Shown here in pieces: positions 35,624 through 50,452 of a DNA stretch of 64,000 nucleotides; position 1 is the first letter of the stretch; each line of letters opens with the position of its first letter. The notes under the pieces are model-generated. The model was not told where the DNA came from, ran no database searches, and saw nothing but the letters and a program-made list of their open reading frames with translations. Source of the DNA: Minutocellus sp. GHC0000111 (Eukaryota); the NCBI GenBank assembly GCA_977018835.1, contig OZ361256.1:1364001-1428000 (forward strand). The letters run 5' to 3'. The position numbers and the translations under genes were made by a program.

Positions 35624-38600
35624 CATTGTGAAAATTCTGACGGGCCAGGCCAGTGAAGGAAGCTACTAGACGAAGCTAGTTAGTCTAGCCAGACTAAAAT
35701 AGACTTCAATGCAGCTAGATCGACAAGGCACGTCTTGCACTAAGCTCGATCTACATTAGATACGTGGGCCTAGAAATCTCTAGGTGCATTAGAAAGGACC
35801 TACATAGAGTAATTATGAGCTAGATAGCTATATAAACATTGCCCTTTCCATGACAATTACATGTATAACGATTTTCTACGTAGACGTTTATAGGATCGAC
35901 ATAATCAGTAGATGAGGAACGAAGAAAGTAGGACAAGCAAAGCCAGCCGCAGATAATTACTCATAGTGCCGTTCAGGTCCACTTCTAAATCCTCTAAACT
36001 GCTCGTAGTAACCATATTCTTGACTCGAATGACGAGCCGAGAATCCGTCACTATCAGAGCACCTACCAGTCTCAAAATGATTCTTTGCCTCCTCAGCGAC
36101 CCTAGCTGCCTCTCCTCTCGTGCCTCGAACAAAATGCAGTCGTGATCTCTTATGCAGAGAGAGACCGCGGGCAATGAAATTTTACATGTACATGAGTCGA
36201 GAATATGGTTACTACGAGCAGTTTAGAGGATTTAGAAGTGGACCTGAACGGCGCTATGAGTAATTATTTGCGGCTGGTTTTGCTTGTTCTAACCTACTTT
36301 CTCCACTTTCCAACGCCTGAGTATGTCAACATGATAAAACGACTATGTAGAAAATTGTTATACATGTACCGGGTACAAATATAGATCTACTGTAGGCCTA
36401 GATCTATTGTGCACTGCCACTGCTATTTGTCTGTCAATGGTGCCTAACTGCATGTGTAAATTAACATCTCTACCGGTACGTAAACGTATATTATCGAATT
36501 GCCATCGTTTTATCGAATTGCCATCTTGAGGAGATAGGATCAATAGGCAGACTAGATCGAGGACAAGTAGCGGCAAGAACAAAGGTGCTCGGGGAGAAAC
36601 AATGCTGGAACTTTTGACTCGCTCGTATCATAAGATGCCTTGCAACGAAGAAATTCTCCCGGCGATTCGTACTATCTACGTAGCTAGTCTAGTAGGACCA
36701 ACTACGTACAATGTAGGAAATCTCTGCACTAATCAGGGAAGGAGAAACTCAAACTAGACTTCGACGTGAACATGGGCATCCTCTTCGGCGTTGGCTGAAG
36801 ATGCCGCTAAATGCTTGGCCACTTGTTCCACGACGGCCGTGGCAGTTTCCTCCTCGGACTTGCCAACATCATCACCAGCATGTGTCCTGGCGTTGGCTCC
36901 GTTTCCGCCCTCATCTTCGCATTCAGGGTGGGTCTTCCTCTTGCGAAGCCTCCACGTAAAACCAATCTTATTCAGCTTCTCCATGCGTTCGTCCGTCATG
37001 GCAGACTGCTTGCCATCCATTTTCAGTCTGTAGGCCTTCCTCTGCTGTCCGACCCATTCGCCTAGCTTTGGGTCATCCTTTCTCATGGGAACATTGCAGT
37101 CACCATTCCGAGCCTTGTATTCCTTGAGATCCTGGTAGTGAGCTGGGGAAAAGGAGCGTAGAGTGTAAATGGAGGAATTGGATGAATTTGAATTTCGGGG
37201 TGAGACAAGTGATGAACCGTATTAAACCGGGGGATGCGGACAATCATTCACAATAGATTCAGATACACTCGTTCGCATGCAATCTAGCTAGCGCCGGCCC
37301 GCCTGTCCAATAACTTACACTCCCAACTTTTGGGATCGATGGTGACCCACTTCATTCCGATCGCATCGAGTTGAGCGATCCGATCATCGGTCATCTGCGA
37401 CTTCTTTCCATCTCTCTTCAAACTCCAGTGCGCATGCACGGATCGGCAAAGGAAGGCAGAGCAGTGCGCCGTTGGAAGTCCTCCACGAATGAGAGTCAGT
37501 CATTTCCTGGTCGTCGTCAACGGCAACTGACTTTTTCACTGAAATGCGTTCGGCAGTTTCAACACCATTGACGGGCGGCGATGTGTCCGCCAAGCTCTGG
37601 TACCATGGCACATGTACATGTAGATGCAATCGTTCGCTTTCTACGTACGAGTGATCAGTGTATGTTTGGACTGTTCTTTGCAACCAGGAAATGAAGAATA
37701 TCCTTCATAATGTGTTGCCCGCCAAATGAATCGAACAAAATCTATTGCAGAGAGTGGTCCAGCAATTCATTCCTTTTCAGTTGACAAGACTTGAGGCACC
37801 GAGCTAACGATTCCTCAAGGATATTTCCCACTTTTTCTATGTCATCGGCCTGCGCCAGATTGGTTCGTTCAATTGTTGTTGTTGGAAAAGGCATGCATAC
37901 ATCATAGGATGTTGTTGGTGAATGAATTCAGGTTATTTGCTGCATGCACAGTGAACCTACGATGCTGCCTGCTACGTTCAAACATGGACATTGCTACACG
38001 TATCTTCGTCTTGAATTACCGATTCAATTTTTCCAATAAAAAATTTGATGGTTTCGTGATGCAAAATATTTCGTTTTGTGGGCTGGCTGGTAAGAAGGTT
38101 GCACATGCAGTTAGTTGTTCGATTCGATCGATGCCGACAAACTCTCTCTTGGTTGGTGCCCATTGATGCAATGTATGCCTACTGCGCTGATATGCAATGC
38201 ATTCTCGCGGCTGCTTCTATTATGCAATCAGGAGTACATGTAGGAATTCCGCCTGGAATGGTGAGGCGACTTCGAAGCTGAAGAGCTCAGCCGAGGAGGA
38301 GTCAATTTTTGCGATGGCCGCCGGGAAGAGTGACGGAACCCGGGGTTCACAAAGAATTTAGTGCGGATGCTGAGTGGAATATCTAACCGAGAAATAATTG
38401 ACCTCGAAGGCGCCAACATTGTCGTGTGACAGTCATCTCGACTGCAAAGGGAGCTTCTGCCTGTCTACTTCGGAATAAACTTTTCGTTGACAACTTTTGA
38501 AATACTGCTTACCTCTCTGGGATTTCACTTATCGTCTTGCTACGATGATAGGAAGGTATTTTCTTTGACTGAGGCCAATGCGGACATTGTGAAAATTCTG

Positions 38601-41600
38601 ACGGGCCAGGCCAGTGAAGGAAGCTACTAGACGAAGCTAGTTAGTCTAGCCAGACTAAAATAGACTTCAATGCAGCTAGATCGACAAGGCACGTCTTGCA
38701 CTAAGCTCGATCTACATTAGATACGTGGGCCTAGAAATCTCTAGGTGCATTAGAAAGGACCTACATAGAGTAATTATGAGCTAGATAGCTATATAAACAT
38801 TGCCCTTTCCATGACAATTACATGTATAACGATTTTCTACGTAGACGTTTATAGGATCGACATAATCAGTAGATGAGGAACGAAGAAAGTAGGACAAGCA
38901 AAGCCAGCCGCAGATAATTACTCATAGTGCCGTTCAGGTCCACTTCTAAATCCTCTAAACTGCTCGTAGTAACCATATTCTTGACTCGAATGACGAGCCG
39001 AGAATCCGTCACTATCAGAGCACCTACCAGTCTCAAAATGATTCTTTGCCTCCTCAGCGACCCTAGCTGCCTCTCCTCTCGTGCCTCGAACAAAATGCAG
39101 TCGTGATCTCTTATGCAGAGAGAGACCGCGGGCAATGAAATTTTACATGTACATGAGTCGAGAATATGGTTACTACGAGCAGTTTAGAGGATTTAGAAGT
39201 GGACCTGAACGGCGCTATGAGTAATTATTTGCGGCTGGTTTTGCTTGTTCTAACCTACTTTCTCCACTTTCCAACGCCTGAGTATGTCAACATGATAAAA
39301 CGACTATGTAGAAAATTGTTATACATGTACCGGGTACAAATATAGATCTACTGTAGGCCTAGATCTATTGTGCACTGCCACTGCTATTTGTCTGTCAATG
39401 GTGCCTAACTGCATGTGTAAATTAACATCTCTACCGGTACGTAAACGTATATTATCGAATTGCCATCGTTTTATCGAATTGCCATCTTGAGGAGATAGGA
39501 TCAATAGGCAGACTAGATCGAGGACAAGTAGCGGCAAGAACAAAGGTGCTCGGGGAGAAACAATGCTGGAACTTTTGACTCGCTCGTATCATAAGATGCC
39601 TTGCAACGAAGAAATTCTCCCGGCGATTCGTACTATCTACGTAGCTAGTCTAGTAGGACCAACTACGTACAATGTAGGAAATCTCTGCACTAATCAGGGA
39701 AGGAGAAACTCAAACTAGACTTCGACGTGAACATGGGCATCCTCTTCGGCGTTGGCTGAAGATGCCGCTAAATGCTTGGCCACTTGTTCCACGACGGCCG
39801 TGGCAGTTTCCTCCTCGGACTTGCCAACATCATCACCAGCATGTGTCCTGGCGTTGGCTCCGTTTCCGCCCTCATCTTCGCATTCAGGGTGGGTCTTCCT
39901 CTTGCGAAGCCTCCACGTAAAACCAATCTTATTCAGCTTCTCCATGCGTTCGTCCGTCATGGCAGACTGCTTGCCATCCATTTTCAGTCTGTAGGCCTTC
40001 CTCTGCTGTCCGACCCATTCGCCTAGCTTTGGGTCATCCTTTCTCATGGGAACATTGCAGTCACCATTCCGAGCCTTGTATTCCTTGAGATCCTGGTAGT
40101 GAGCTGGGGAAAAGGAGCGTAGAGTGTAAATGGAGGAATTGGATGAATTTGAATTTCGGGGTGAGACAAGTGATGAACCGTATTAAACCGGGGGATGCGG
40201 ACAATCATTCACAATAGATTCAGATACACTCGTTCGCATGCAATCTAGCTAGCGCCGGCCCGCCTGTCCAATAACTTACACTCCCAACTTTTGGGATCGA
40301 TGGTGACCCACTTCATTCCGATCGCATCGAGTTGAGCGATCCGATCATCGGTCATCTGCGACTTCTTTCCATCTCTCTTCAAACTCCAGTGCGCATGCAC
40401 GGATCGGCAAAGGAAGGCAGAGCAGTGCGCCGTTGGAAGTCCTCCACGAATGAGAGTCAGTCATTTCCTGGTCGTCGTCAACGGCAACTGACTTTTTCAC
40501 TGAAATGCGTTCGGCAGTTTCAACACCATTGACGGGCGGCGATGTGTCCGCCAAGCTCTGGTACCATGGCACATGTACATGTAGATGCAATCGTTCGCTT
40601 TCTACGTACGAGTGATCAGTGTATGTTTGGACTGTTCTTTGCAACCAGGAAATGAAGAATATCCTTCATAATGTGTTGCCCGCCAAATGAATCGAACAAA
40701 ATCTATTGCAGAGAGTGGTCCAGCAATTCATTCCTTTTCAGTTGACAAGACTTGAGGCACCGAGCTAACGATTCCTCAAGGATATTTCCCACTTTTTCTA
40801 TGTCATCGGCCTGCGCCAGATTGGTTCGTTCAATTGTTGTTGTTGGAAAAGGCATGCATACATCATAGGATGTTGTTGGTGAATGAATTCAGGTTATTTG
40901 CTGCATGCACAGTGAACCTACGATGCTGCCTGCTACGTTCAAACATGGACATTGCTACACGTATCTTCGTCTTGAATTACCGATTCAATTTTTCCAATAA
41001 AAAATTTGATGGTTTCGTGATGCAAAATATTTCGTTTTGTGGGCTGGCTGGTAAGAAGGTTGCACATGCAGTTAGTTGTTCGATTCGATCGATGCCGACA
41101 AACTCTCTCTTGGTTGGTGCCCATTGATGCAATGTATGCCTACTGCGCTGATATGCAATGCATTCTCGCGGCTGCTTCTATTATGCAATCAGGAGTACAT
41201 GTAGGAATTCCGCCTGGAATGGTGAGGCGACTTCGAAGCTGAAGAGCTCAGCCGAGGAGGAGTCAATTTTTGCGATGGCCGCCGGGAAGAGTGACGGAAC
41301 CCGGGGTTCACAAAGAATTTAGTGCGGATGCTGAGTGGAATATCTAACCGAGAAATAATTGACCTCGAAGGCGCCAACATTGTCGTGTGACAGTCATCTC
41401 GACTGCAAAGGGAGCTTCTGCCTGTCTACTTCGGAATAAACTTTTCGTTGACAACTTTTGAAATACTGCTTACCTCTCTGGGATTTCACTTATCGTCTTG
41501 CTACGATGATAGGAAGGTATTTTCTTTGACTGAGGCCAATGCGGACATTGTGAAAATTCTGACGGGCCAGGCCAGTGAAGGAAGCTACTAGACGAAGCTA

Positions 41601-43342
41601 GTTAGTCTAGCCAGACTAAAATAGACTTCAATGCAGCTAGATCGACAAGGCACGTCTTGCACTAAGCTCGATCTACATTAGATACGTGGGCCTAGAAATC
41701 TCTAGGTGCATTAGAAAGGACCTACATAGAGTAATTATGAGCTAGATAGCTATATAAACATTGCCCTTTCCATGACAATTACATGTATAACGATTTTCTA
41801 CGTAGACGTTTATAGGATCGACATAATCAGTAGATGAGGAACGAAGAAAGTAGGACAAGCAAAGCCAGCCGCAGATAATTACTCATAGTGCCGTTCAGGT
41901 CCACTTCTAAATCCTCTAAACTGCTCGTAGTAACCATATTCTTGACTCGAATGACGAGCCGAGAATCCGTCACTATCAGAGCACCTACCAGTCTCAAAAT
42001 GATTCTTTGCCTCCTCAGCGACCCTAGCTGCCTCTCCTCTCGTGCCTCGAACAAAATGCAGTCGTGATCTCTTATGCAGAGAGAGACCGCGGGCAATGAA
42101 ATTTTACATGTACATGAGTCGAGAATATGGTTACTACGAGCAGTTTAGAGGATTTAGAAGTGGACCTGAACGGCGCTATGAGTAATTATTTGCGGCTGGT
42201 TTTGCTTGTTCTAACCTACTTTCTCCACTTTCCAACGCCTGAGTATGTCAACATGATAAAACGACTATGTAGAAAATTGTTATACATGTACCGGGTACAA
42301 ATATAGATCTACTGTAGGCCTAGATCTATTGTGCACTGCCACTGCTATTTGTCTGTCAATGGTGCCTAACTGCATGTGTAAATTAACATCTCTACCGGTA
42401 CGTAAACGTATATTATCGAATTGCCATCGTTTTATCGAATTGCCATCTTGAGGAGATAGGATCAATAGGCAGACTAGATCGAGGACAAGTAGCGGCAAGA
42501 ACAAAGGTGCTCGGGGAGAAACAATGCTGGAACTTTTGACTCGCTCGTATCATAAGATGCCTTGCAACGAAGAAATTCTCCCGGCGATTCGTACTATCTA
42601 CGTAGCTAGTCTAGTAGGACCAACTACGTACAATGTAGGAAATCTCTGCACTAATCAGGGAAGGAGAAACTCAAACTAGACTTCGACGTGAACATGGGCA
42701 TCCTCTTCGGCGTTGGCTGAAGATGCCGCTAAATGCTTGGCCACTTGTTCCACGACGGCCGTGGCAGTTTCCTCCTCGGACTTGCCAACATCATCACCAG
42801 CATGTGTCCTGGCGTTGGCTCCGTTTCCGCCCTCATCTTCGCATTCAGGGTGGGTCTTCCTCTTGCGAAGCCTCCACGTAAAACCAATCTTATTCAGCTT
42901 CTCCATGCGTTCGTCCGTCATGGCAGACTGCTTGCCATCCATTTTCAGTCTGTAGGCCTTCCTCTGCTGTCCGACCCATTCGCCTAGCTTTGGGTCATCC
43001 TTTCTCATGGGAACATTGCAGTCACCATTCCGAGCCTTGTATTCCTTGAGATCCTGGTAGTGAGCTGGGGAAAAGGAGCGTAGAGTGTAAATGGAGGAAT
43101 TGGATGAATTTGAATTTCGGGGTGAGACAAGTGATGAACCGTATTAAACCGGGGGATGCGGACAATCATTCACAATAGATTCAGATACACTCGTTCGCAT
43201 GCAATCTAGCTAGCGCCGGCCCGCCTGTCCAATAACTTACACTCCCAACTTTTGGGATCGATGGTGACCCACTTCATTCCGATCGCATCGAGTTGAGCGA
43301 TCCGATCATCGGTCATCTGCGACTTCTTTCCATCTCTCTTCA
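35624..43342. repeat. Nested tandem array A(BA)2, period 2961 bp
   Basis: Same junctions as 15518-26197, with one unit fewer. Confidence 0.95.
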
Positions 43343-44444
43343 TTCTCGCCTGTTGGCGTTGAGTATCCACCCAACGAGCGAGCCCCCTGTGCTCCTTGTC
43401 CTTCTGGGGAACCAGAACGTGGCCGTGCTTTTCCTTGTAGGCCTTGAGCTCCTCCAGTCGGGTCTCCCAAGGGGTCAACGAACGAAGAGTCCATTCGAAG
43501 CCGATTGCTTCAAGCTTGGCGATTCTCTCGGCCGTAATGGAGGTAGCCTTGCCTTCGTTCCTGATCCGATAGTACTGGCGTTGAGCATTCACCCACTTTC
43601 CTAGAGAAGGATTTTCCTTCCACTTGTTGGGCACATTGCACGATCCATGCTCTGCCCGGTATTTCATCAGCTCCTGAAGGCGTTCCTGTTTGAATATGTA
43701 AAGCAAGAGGAATCAAAAAGACAAGGTTAGACCATCGAAATCCACGTACTGGCTAGTACTAGTAGCGTCGTCCAGAAATTTCAGTGTTATGTCCAGCGCT
43801 CCGACTACTATCGATCAAAAGAGAGATCGCAGCATACACACTTACATCCCAGAGGCTCTCCTGGATCGACCAGCGGAAACCCATCTCCTTTAAGATTCTG
43901 ATCCTTTCTTGGCTAAGGGAAGACTTCTTCGTCGGCTCCTTGCTAATCACCTTGTAGTGACTGTTCGAGTATGCGGGGAGAAAGAAATGCATGCGATCAC
44001 CAGTGAGCGAAGGAAATATTATCAAATCACAATAGTTCACAACGCTATCACGCAGCCAGCAAGCCAGCTACGCAGCTAAATAGATACGCAATAGACACAA
44101 GTACAATCTGGCTAGCTAGATAGATAGATTGTACATTGTACCCTCAACTCACCGGCGCTGCTCCGCCACCAGGTGGCAAGCTGAGGGTTGGCGGGATACC
44201 TGTTCGGGACGTTTGTGTGGCCAGTGGCGGCCTTGAACTCCCGCAGTTGGTTGAGTCGGTGATCCCAGGAGGGGTTATTGCCGGGTGCGTACGTCTCGGG
44301 GGCGGGAGAGACATCGACCGAAGCACCCGCAGCTGCAGCGACTGCCTCGGCCATTGCGGCGGCAGCTGCGGCGGTTTCGCCGAGAGGCGGGGGAGGGATG
44401 GAATCGTCGACAATCTTTTGGGTCTTGGAGGGACGCTCGGACAT
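42676..44444 (-). pseudogene. HA-repeat gene, copy 2 (same exon-1 frameshift)
   Basis: Matches 25531-27299 at +17145. Confidence 0.8.
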
Positions 44445-45911
44445 GATTCGATTCGATTCCTGCTGAAACGACAACGGCAGTAGAAATACAACTACAGTAG
44501 GAGGAAAAGAGAGGGGAATTGGTTGGACGATTTTTGAATTGAAAAGAACGCCAAGAGTTGATTTTTCCGACGTTTCCCGTTGCAGTGATGGGAACCGATT
44601 GGATACCACCGATTTCTCCGCAACTACCCGGTCAACACCCCTCGGAAAACTTACGGGAAGTGCGGTAAGGGTCTTTTCGTTAATATCCAATGTTAATTGG
44701 GGCGCGGTGTAGGCAGCAACGAGATATCAAAAGGCAAGGATGACTCGCTCGGCAGAAATTATGCTGTGGTACTGTGGTCATGGGGACGCCCGTTTGGTCA
44801 TGGGGATGGCCGTTTGCGCGATGAATGGACTGACTCACTCGACTCGTTTCTACATGGCTGGCGAGAGGTCTTGGTGGTGTGCCAGGTGAAGCTTCGACAG
44901 ACCATGGGCGGTCTGAAGAGGTTTATACATTCACGCATATGTAGGCGAAACCCCTTCGTTACATGTATTACCTTCCTTAAACCTTATTTTTGCTACCGGT
45001 ACATGGCGTTGCCATGTCATCACTAAAAAATAAGAGTGTGTCCTCTCAGTTGAGACCTCTCAGAGAGTCAGTCAGATGTTGTTGCTGCTGCTTCTTCTTC
45101 GCACATTTGAACGACTTTTCATTCAACAGACCTCAGGTCCCAAATGGATTTCTTTACATGTACCAGTATATAGATGGGGAGGGGCTGTACTTAGTATTGC
45201 AGTGCATGTATTTTGGCTTGAACCTTCTTGTTCTCTTCAAGATGACAATTTGATGATGCATATGTACATCCTTTACATTGTATCTCGCATACATATGTAC
45301 TAGATCTACATGTAGTCTACAGTCCGTCCCCGATGATAAGCATATTTGATATGCTTGTTTGGGACCTCGAATTTTAGCTGCTGATAAGCATAAGCAGACC
45401 TCAGCTTTAGCGTCATGCTTATTTTTCTCTCATGGCAGGCCCTCAGACGTAACAGTCAGGCCCTCAGTTGTCTTTTTCTTTGAATGGGGCTGGAACGCGG
45501 TGTCGTTCATTCCAGGACTTTGGTGGGGATGCTCTATCTTTCCAAGGAGAACTTTGAGAAGCTTCTTCGTTATGGTGAGGAAGAGGCTTCTCTGGAGGCC
45601 GGGTTGAAGGCTTGGTGTGTAGTCAAGCTGGAATAAGGCTGGTCTTGCGGTCTGGAGAGGTTTCACATTGTTTGCGCGAGTAATCCGGGTAGATCTAATG
45701 CTGCTTCCTCTCCTTAGACCTTATTTTTTTTGCTACTTGGTATTGCCACGTCATCATCAAATAAGCATATGCTTAGGTGAGACCTCAGATTTTGCCTTTA
45801 CATAAGCATTTTGAGACCACAGCCCCAGAATGGATATGCTTATCATCGGGGACGGACTGTACATGTACATTATACATGAACACACGCACATGTAGCTGGG
45901 TACATTTTATA

Positions 45912-45991
45912 ATATATATGTTAGTCCCAAAATGCGCACTGTCCCAGTTCGCGAACTGGGACAGTGCGCATTTTGGGACTAACATATATAT
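45912..45991. repeat. Perfect 80-bp palindrome (collapsed MITE-2)
   Basis: atatatatgttagtcccaaaatgcgcactgtcccagttcg|cgaactgggacagtgcgcattttgggactaacatatatat. Confidence 0.95.
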
Positions 45992-47421
45992 ATATATAGG
46001 TAACACGTTAACGGTTACAGTCCAGAATTCAGTCATACAGATTGATAAATCCTGCAGGTCATTTGCCTCAAAGACAAGGTCGGTCGTTGGAATCCTCTAG
46101 CTAGCATACACATATGATCTCCAGCTAGACTACTCCTTTGCGGATTCGTGCAAACTTTTACTTGTGGCTTGGTTTTCTTCAGCTGCTGCCAGCGCCACTT
46201 CCTCTCGATCGAGTGCGGCATTATCATCGTCGAGGACGGTCATGTCCACTGCCTCATCGTCATCATTTCCCTCGACCATAGCAACAGTAGTTGCTCCAAG
46301 CGTTGTTTCTCCATCTTCTTCCTCGCTGGCGTCCGGATTGTCGACCTTGCTATTTTCTTCGTCTTTGTCTGCTACTGCCACGGTGGCAACACCGGCTCCA
46401 GCAGCGCCTCAAGCGGCGACAGCAGCTGCAAGGGCTGCTGTATCATTGTCATCAATAGGAGCAGCCTCGATATCTTTTTCATCTGCCTCGTCTTGATCGC
46501 CATCACTGCCATTGACCTCTTTCTTCTTGCAGCATTGGCAACACGCTTCTCTGCTGCAAATTTTCTCTTTGGGAAAGGGGGCAGCAAATGACTGGATCAT
46601 GGCAATGAAATATAAACACATTGCGACGATCGACCAGATGCTTGAAGTAGAAGTGGTACACATCGACTGACTGCACGCGCTATCTCCGATTGCCATGAAA
46701 GTGAGGCCCTGCGACACAGCGGCCACGATGTACATTATTCCAAGACCATATTGCAATCCAGTAACGGGACAGCACATCTCCATGAGGAAGGTCATGAGCA
46801 ACACGATGGTCGCAACGCCGCCAGTAGTCAAAGCTATCACTCCCATCAGCTGTGCCACTTGGAAGTAGATACCGAACTGATCAGTGATGTATCCTGGCGT
46901 TTCGACGCAATATGAGTTGCCGGGTGGAACCCTAACCCTAACGACGACAAAACCGCGCGCTTGTTTGTGGGTCTAGGAATTCCTACCTGTAGATCTAGAT
47001 CTACCGATAATTAAGTTCAATCGATGTTAATAAGGTCTAGTACTTTTACAGTGATAATAACATGTATTTATGGCGTGTGAATCCGTTTGAAACAAAGGCA
47101 CAGGAAGAAGGCCAACAACCACACCTGTCACTGTCCAGGATCATCATCAAGGCACGCATTTTACGCATGAGATTGGTACGGGGAGGAAGCTGGATGATTA
47201 TTGACGAAGTGTGGGTAATGGGACGGGTTGGTGAGATCAGATTTTGAAGTTGTTTTTTGGCACGTAGGACAAAGGCGGCATGTGGGTAGAAGAGAAGAAA
47301 GAGGGGGAGGGACACAGAGAAGAACATTCAAAGCCAGGGCAAACTCCTTGCTTTTTCCTCCCATCTGTCTCACTTCTACACCGAAATCTTTAGCCAGACA
47401 AGACTTTGATTCAAGACCAAT

Positions 47422-48625
47422 CTAGCAAAGCTGGCTGAAGAAGCCACCGGTCGTGGGCTCACCATTGGCGGCATCCTTCTCCTTCTTCTTCTTGAGGAAC
47501 CAGTAGCCGCCTCCAAGGGCGGCGGCGATGATGAGGATGATGAGGAAGACTTTGCCACCGTTGCCCTTGGCCTCACTGGCCTTGAGCTCGGCCTCAAGGG
47601 ACTCAATCTCTTCGCAGCCGTTCTGGTACATGGCATCACAACGGAGGGCGGGGTTCTCAATGAGACGCATGCACATGTCCTTGGCCTCGAGCTCTCCGTC
47701 TTCGTTGTAGTTGGAGCAGCTGGAATACTGTCCACCAAGACCGCCGCTGGAGTAAGGGACCTCCTGGCCAGTGAACTCGTAGTAGGAGGTCGTGGAATCA
47801 GTGGCACAGTACTCGTCGGAGAAGAAGCCGAGCTGTGGTAATGATGTGATGTGAGGTAGATGTGTATGTAACAGTTGTTGTTAGAGTTGACGATGACGAA
47901 TATCAGTTGATGCATGTGCAACTAACTGATACATATAAAATGAGCATAGGAGAATGAATAGCAAAAGGTAACACGAGTAAAGCATACAAACGAATCAATA
48001 AACTTACAGCAATGTCGGTGCCGACAATCTTCTTGCCCTTGCTGTCCATGACGTTGACGCACTTGGGTCCGATGTAGTAGAAATCGACCTGCTCAAGCTT
48101 ACGCTTGCGGCCCTCATCGTCGCCCATCTCCATGTCGGCCTCGACGCACTGGGAGTATTCTCCGAGGTCGAACTCGTCGTCGTCCTGCTGGCCGTTGGCC
48201 TCAGCCTCCTCGCGCATGTTCTCGGCGGTGGCCTCGGTGTAGGTGTTGATACCAACGACGTAGTCGCCATAGGACTCGTCGTCGGTGCAGCCAAAGGCGG
48301 ACTGGGACTCGACGTCATTGGGGCAAAGGCGGTAGATGACGGCGGACGACTCGTCACCCTCGTCACCCTGGACCTTGTAGTCGGCGACGCACTGGACGAA
48401 CTTCATGCGGTAGTTGGTGAGGAAGTAGAACTCATCCTCCTCGGCCTGGTCCTCGTTGTTCTGCTCCGCGTCTTCGAGCTTACGGGAGGCACGGACGAGC
48501 TTGCGGGCGTGGCGGCCGGCAATCTTTTGCGAGGCGGTGAGGTCGACGGCCTTCTTGGCGGCGGCAGGCTTCTTGGCGGCGGCGAGGCCGGATGAGGCAA
48601 GGACGAGGGAGGTGGCGAGCTTCAT
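47422..48625 (-). CDS. Silicanin-1-like protein, copy 3 (T to A substitution in exon 2)
   Basis: Matches 10656-11859 at +36766; gtggta reads gtggca at 47805. Confidence 0.8.
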
Positions 48626-50452
48626 GGTGGATTGGAAGCGGGTGGGTCTTTGGTTGTGAGGAGCACTGAATGATACCAAGAAGTGTTTTGCAGATCGTCG
48701 AGAACTCGAGCAGTTCAGTCTTTCAAAAGGAGGAAAATCGCCAAAACTCTCGAGCACGTAAAAACAAGCACAGCACAAGCACAGGTAACACCCAAATGAT
48801 ACTCTCATAAAACGAAAAATTTCACTATCGAAATCTAAGCGAAAATTACAGGGTGGTTACCAAGCGGCTAATGCCGGGGGCTAGAGGCGGATGTACACTA
48901 GCTAGTGCTGCTCCATCGCTCAATGTCGCACGCGGACCATGCCAACGTTGTTCATCATTCACCACGAAAAACCTTTGCTGTCGTCGGATGCCCCGTCTCA
49001 AGCAATGGGGATTGCCAATCTTCAACGATGACACATACATCGAACACAGCACCTCCCTCAGCTGATTCTCCCAACTCTATGCAACTTATTAGAACATGAA
49101 ATGCAGTTAGTTTAACTACGTGAACTGGAGCTGGCATTGGCGGTAAATGAAACTTCTTAGAGGGTGAGGTCCCCGCTGATTCTCCCAACTCTCTGTGCAA
49201 CTTAGCAGAACATGAAATGCAGTTTAACTACGTGAACTGGAGCTGGCATTGGCGGAATCATTAGTGTAACGGTACGAGGTCGCGGACAGCAGTTTCAGGG
49301 ACCCGGTTTTCGGGTCTTTGGGCAAAATCTCATAAAAATCAGCACAAACGCACACAGCAAGCAGCATTTATTTGCTGTCGTCCTGTCTTCAAGATGGCGG
49401 TGACGGCAGTGCCGACGGCATCCGCTTCACGCAAGGGATAAGCGTGGTATCTCCAGAACGGTTTGGTCCTTGACCTTGGACCGACTCGGAGATGTCGATT
49501 TCATCTTCCCATGCCAGCGTCTGGCCGATTCACCCCCCCCATCCATCGCCCCTCCCGACTTCTGCCAGTTTTTCCGATGACAACCGGTCACCTCCTCCAC
49601 CTCCCGACCCCACCACCACCTCCCAAATGCATTGATTCAAGTAGCCATATGGTTTGAGCTCCGATATCGGTCTCCATGGTCCCCATAATGGCGTATCTTA
49701 TGCGGTCCGGGTGACCCCGCGCCAAAATCGAGCGGGCCAAAAAAATCATCACCCGCCCGGCGCGCCCGCCACTCAATGAAACCTTCCTCATTTCCAACCC
49801 ACCCGACATACAAACTGTTGCTCTACTGCCACAAAATACTGCATCCAACACCATATTAATGCAAATGGCTGTTACTACTGCTGCCACCGCAGCTGATGCG
49901 CCAGCATGTCGCCCCGCTCCCGTCGGTCCGGCAGCTCCATCCCATGCTTTGATTATTTTGTCCATCGGAGCGGCACCATCGATGCCTCTACGATTCGTGG
50001 CAAGTCTCCTGGGATGATCCAGACCATAGCGAACCGGGCATGGGCGGGCCTCTCACTTCAGAAACAGCAGGATGTTATGGAGCAAGCCCGAGAGGAGGAG
50101 CTGTGCTGTCCGAGCCAGACCGGTCCTGATCCGGCACAAGATGTGCCGATTTCTCAAATTCAAATTAAAATTTGGTGCAGCTAGATTCCTTTGCGTCCGG
50201 GGGGAGAGGATCGCCAGGCTTTGGTTTGTCGGACTGGGGACGAGATAGCTCAGGAGAAATGCAGGCATCCAAGAAGTACTATGCTTGATCAAATGTCAGG
50301 CATCGAAGGACAGCGCTGTCCATGCATTCTGCTTTGGCCCCATGTGCGGGCCGATAAAGCTCTCTTCGTCCACCCTTTCCTTCTGAGCAAAATTCGTCAA
50401 ACAGTGAACTCATTCTTCCTTTCATAATTTTTCTTTTTGTCTTTTCCTTTAG

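Larger units (their letters stand above)
8156..50166. repeat. Tandem segmental amplification: unit 1 8156-28262, unit 2 28263-45407, partial unit 3 45408-50166
   Basis: The same ORFs recur at offsets 20107/20106 and 17145. Left edge tagcgtcatgc at 8156/28263/45408. Homology ends at tcaaattcaaatt (14101/50166). Confidence 0.95.
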
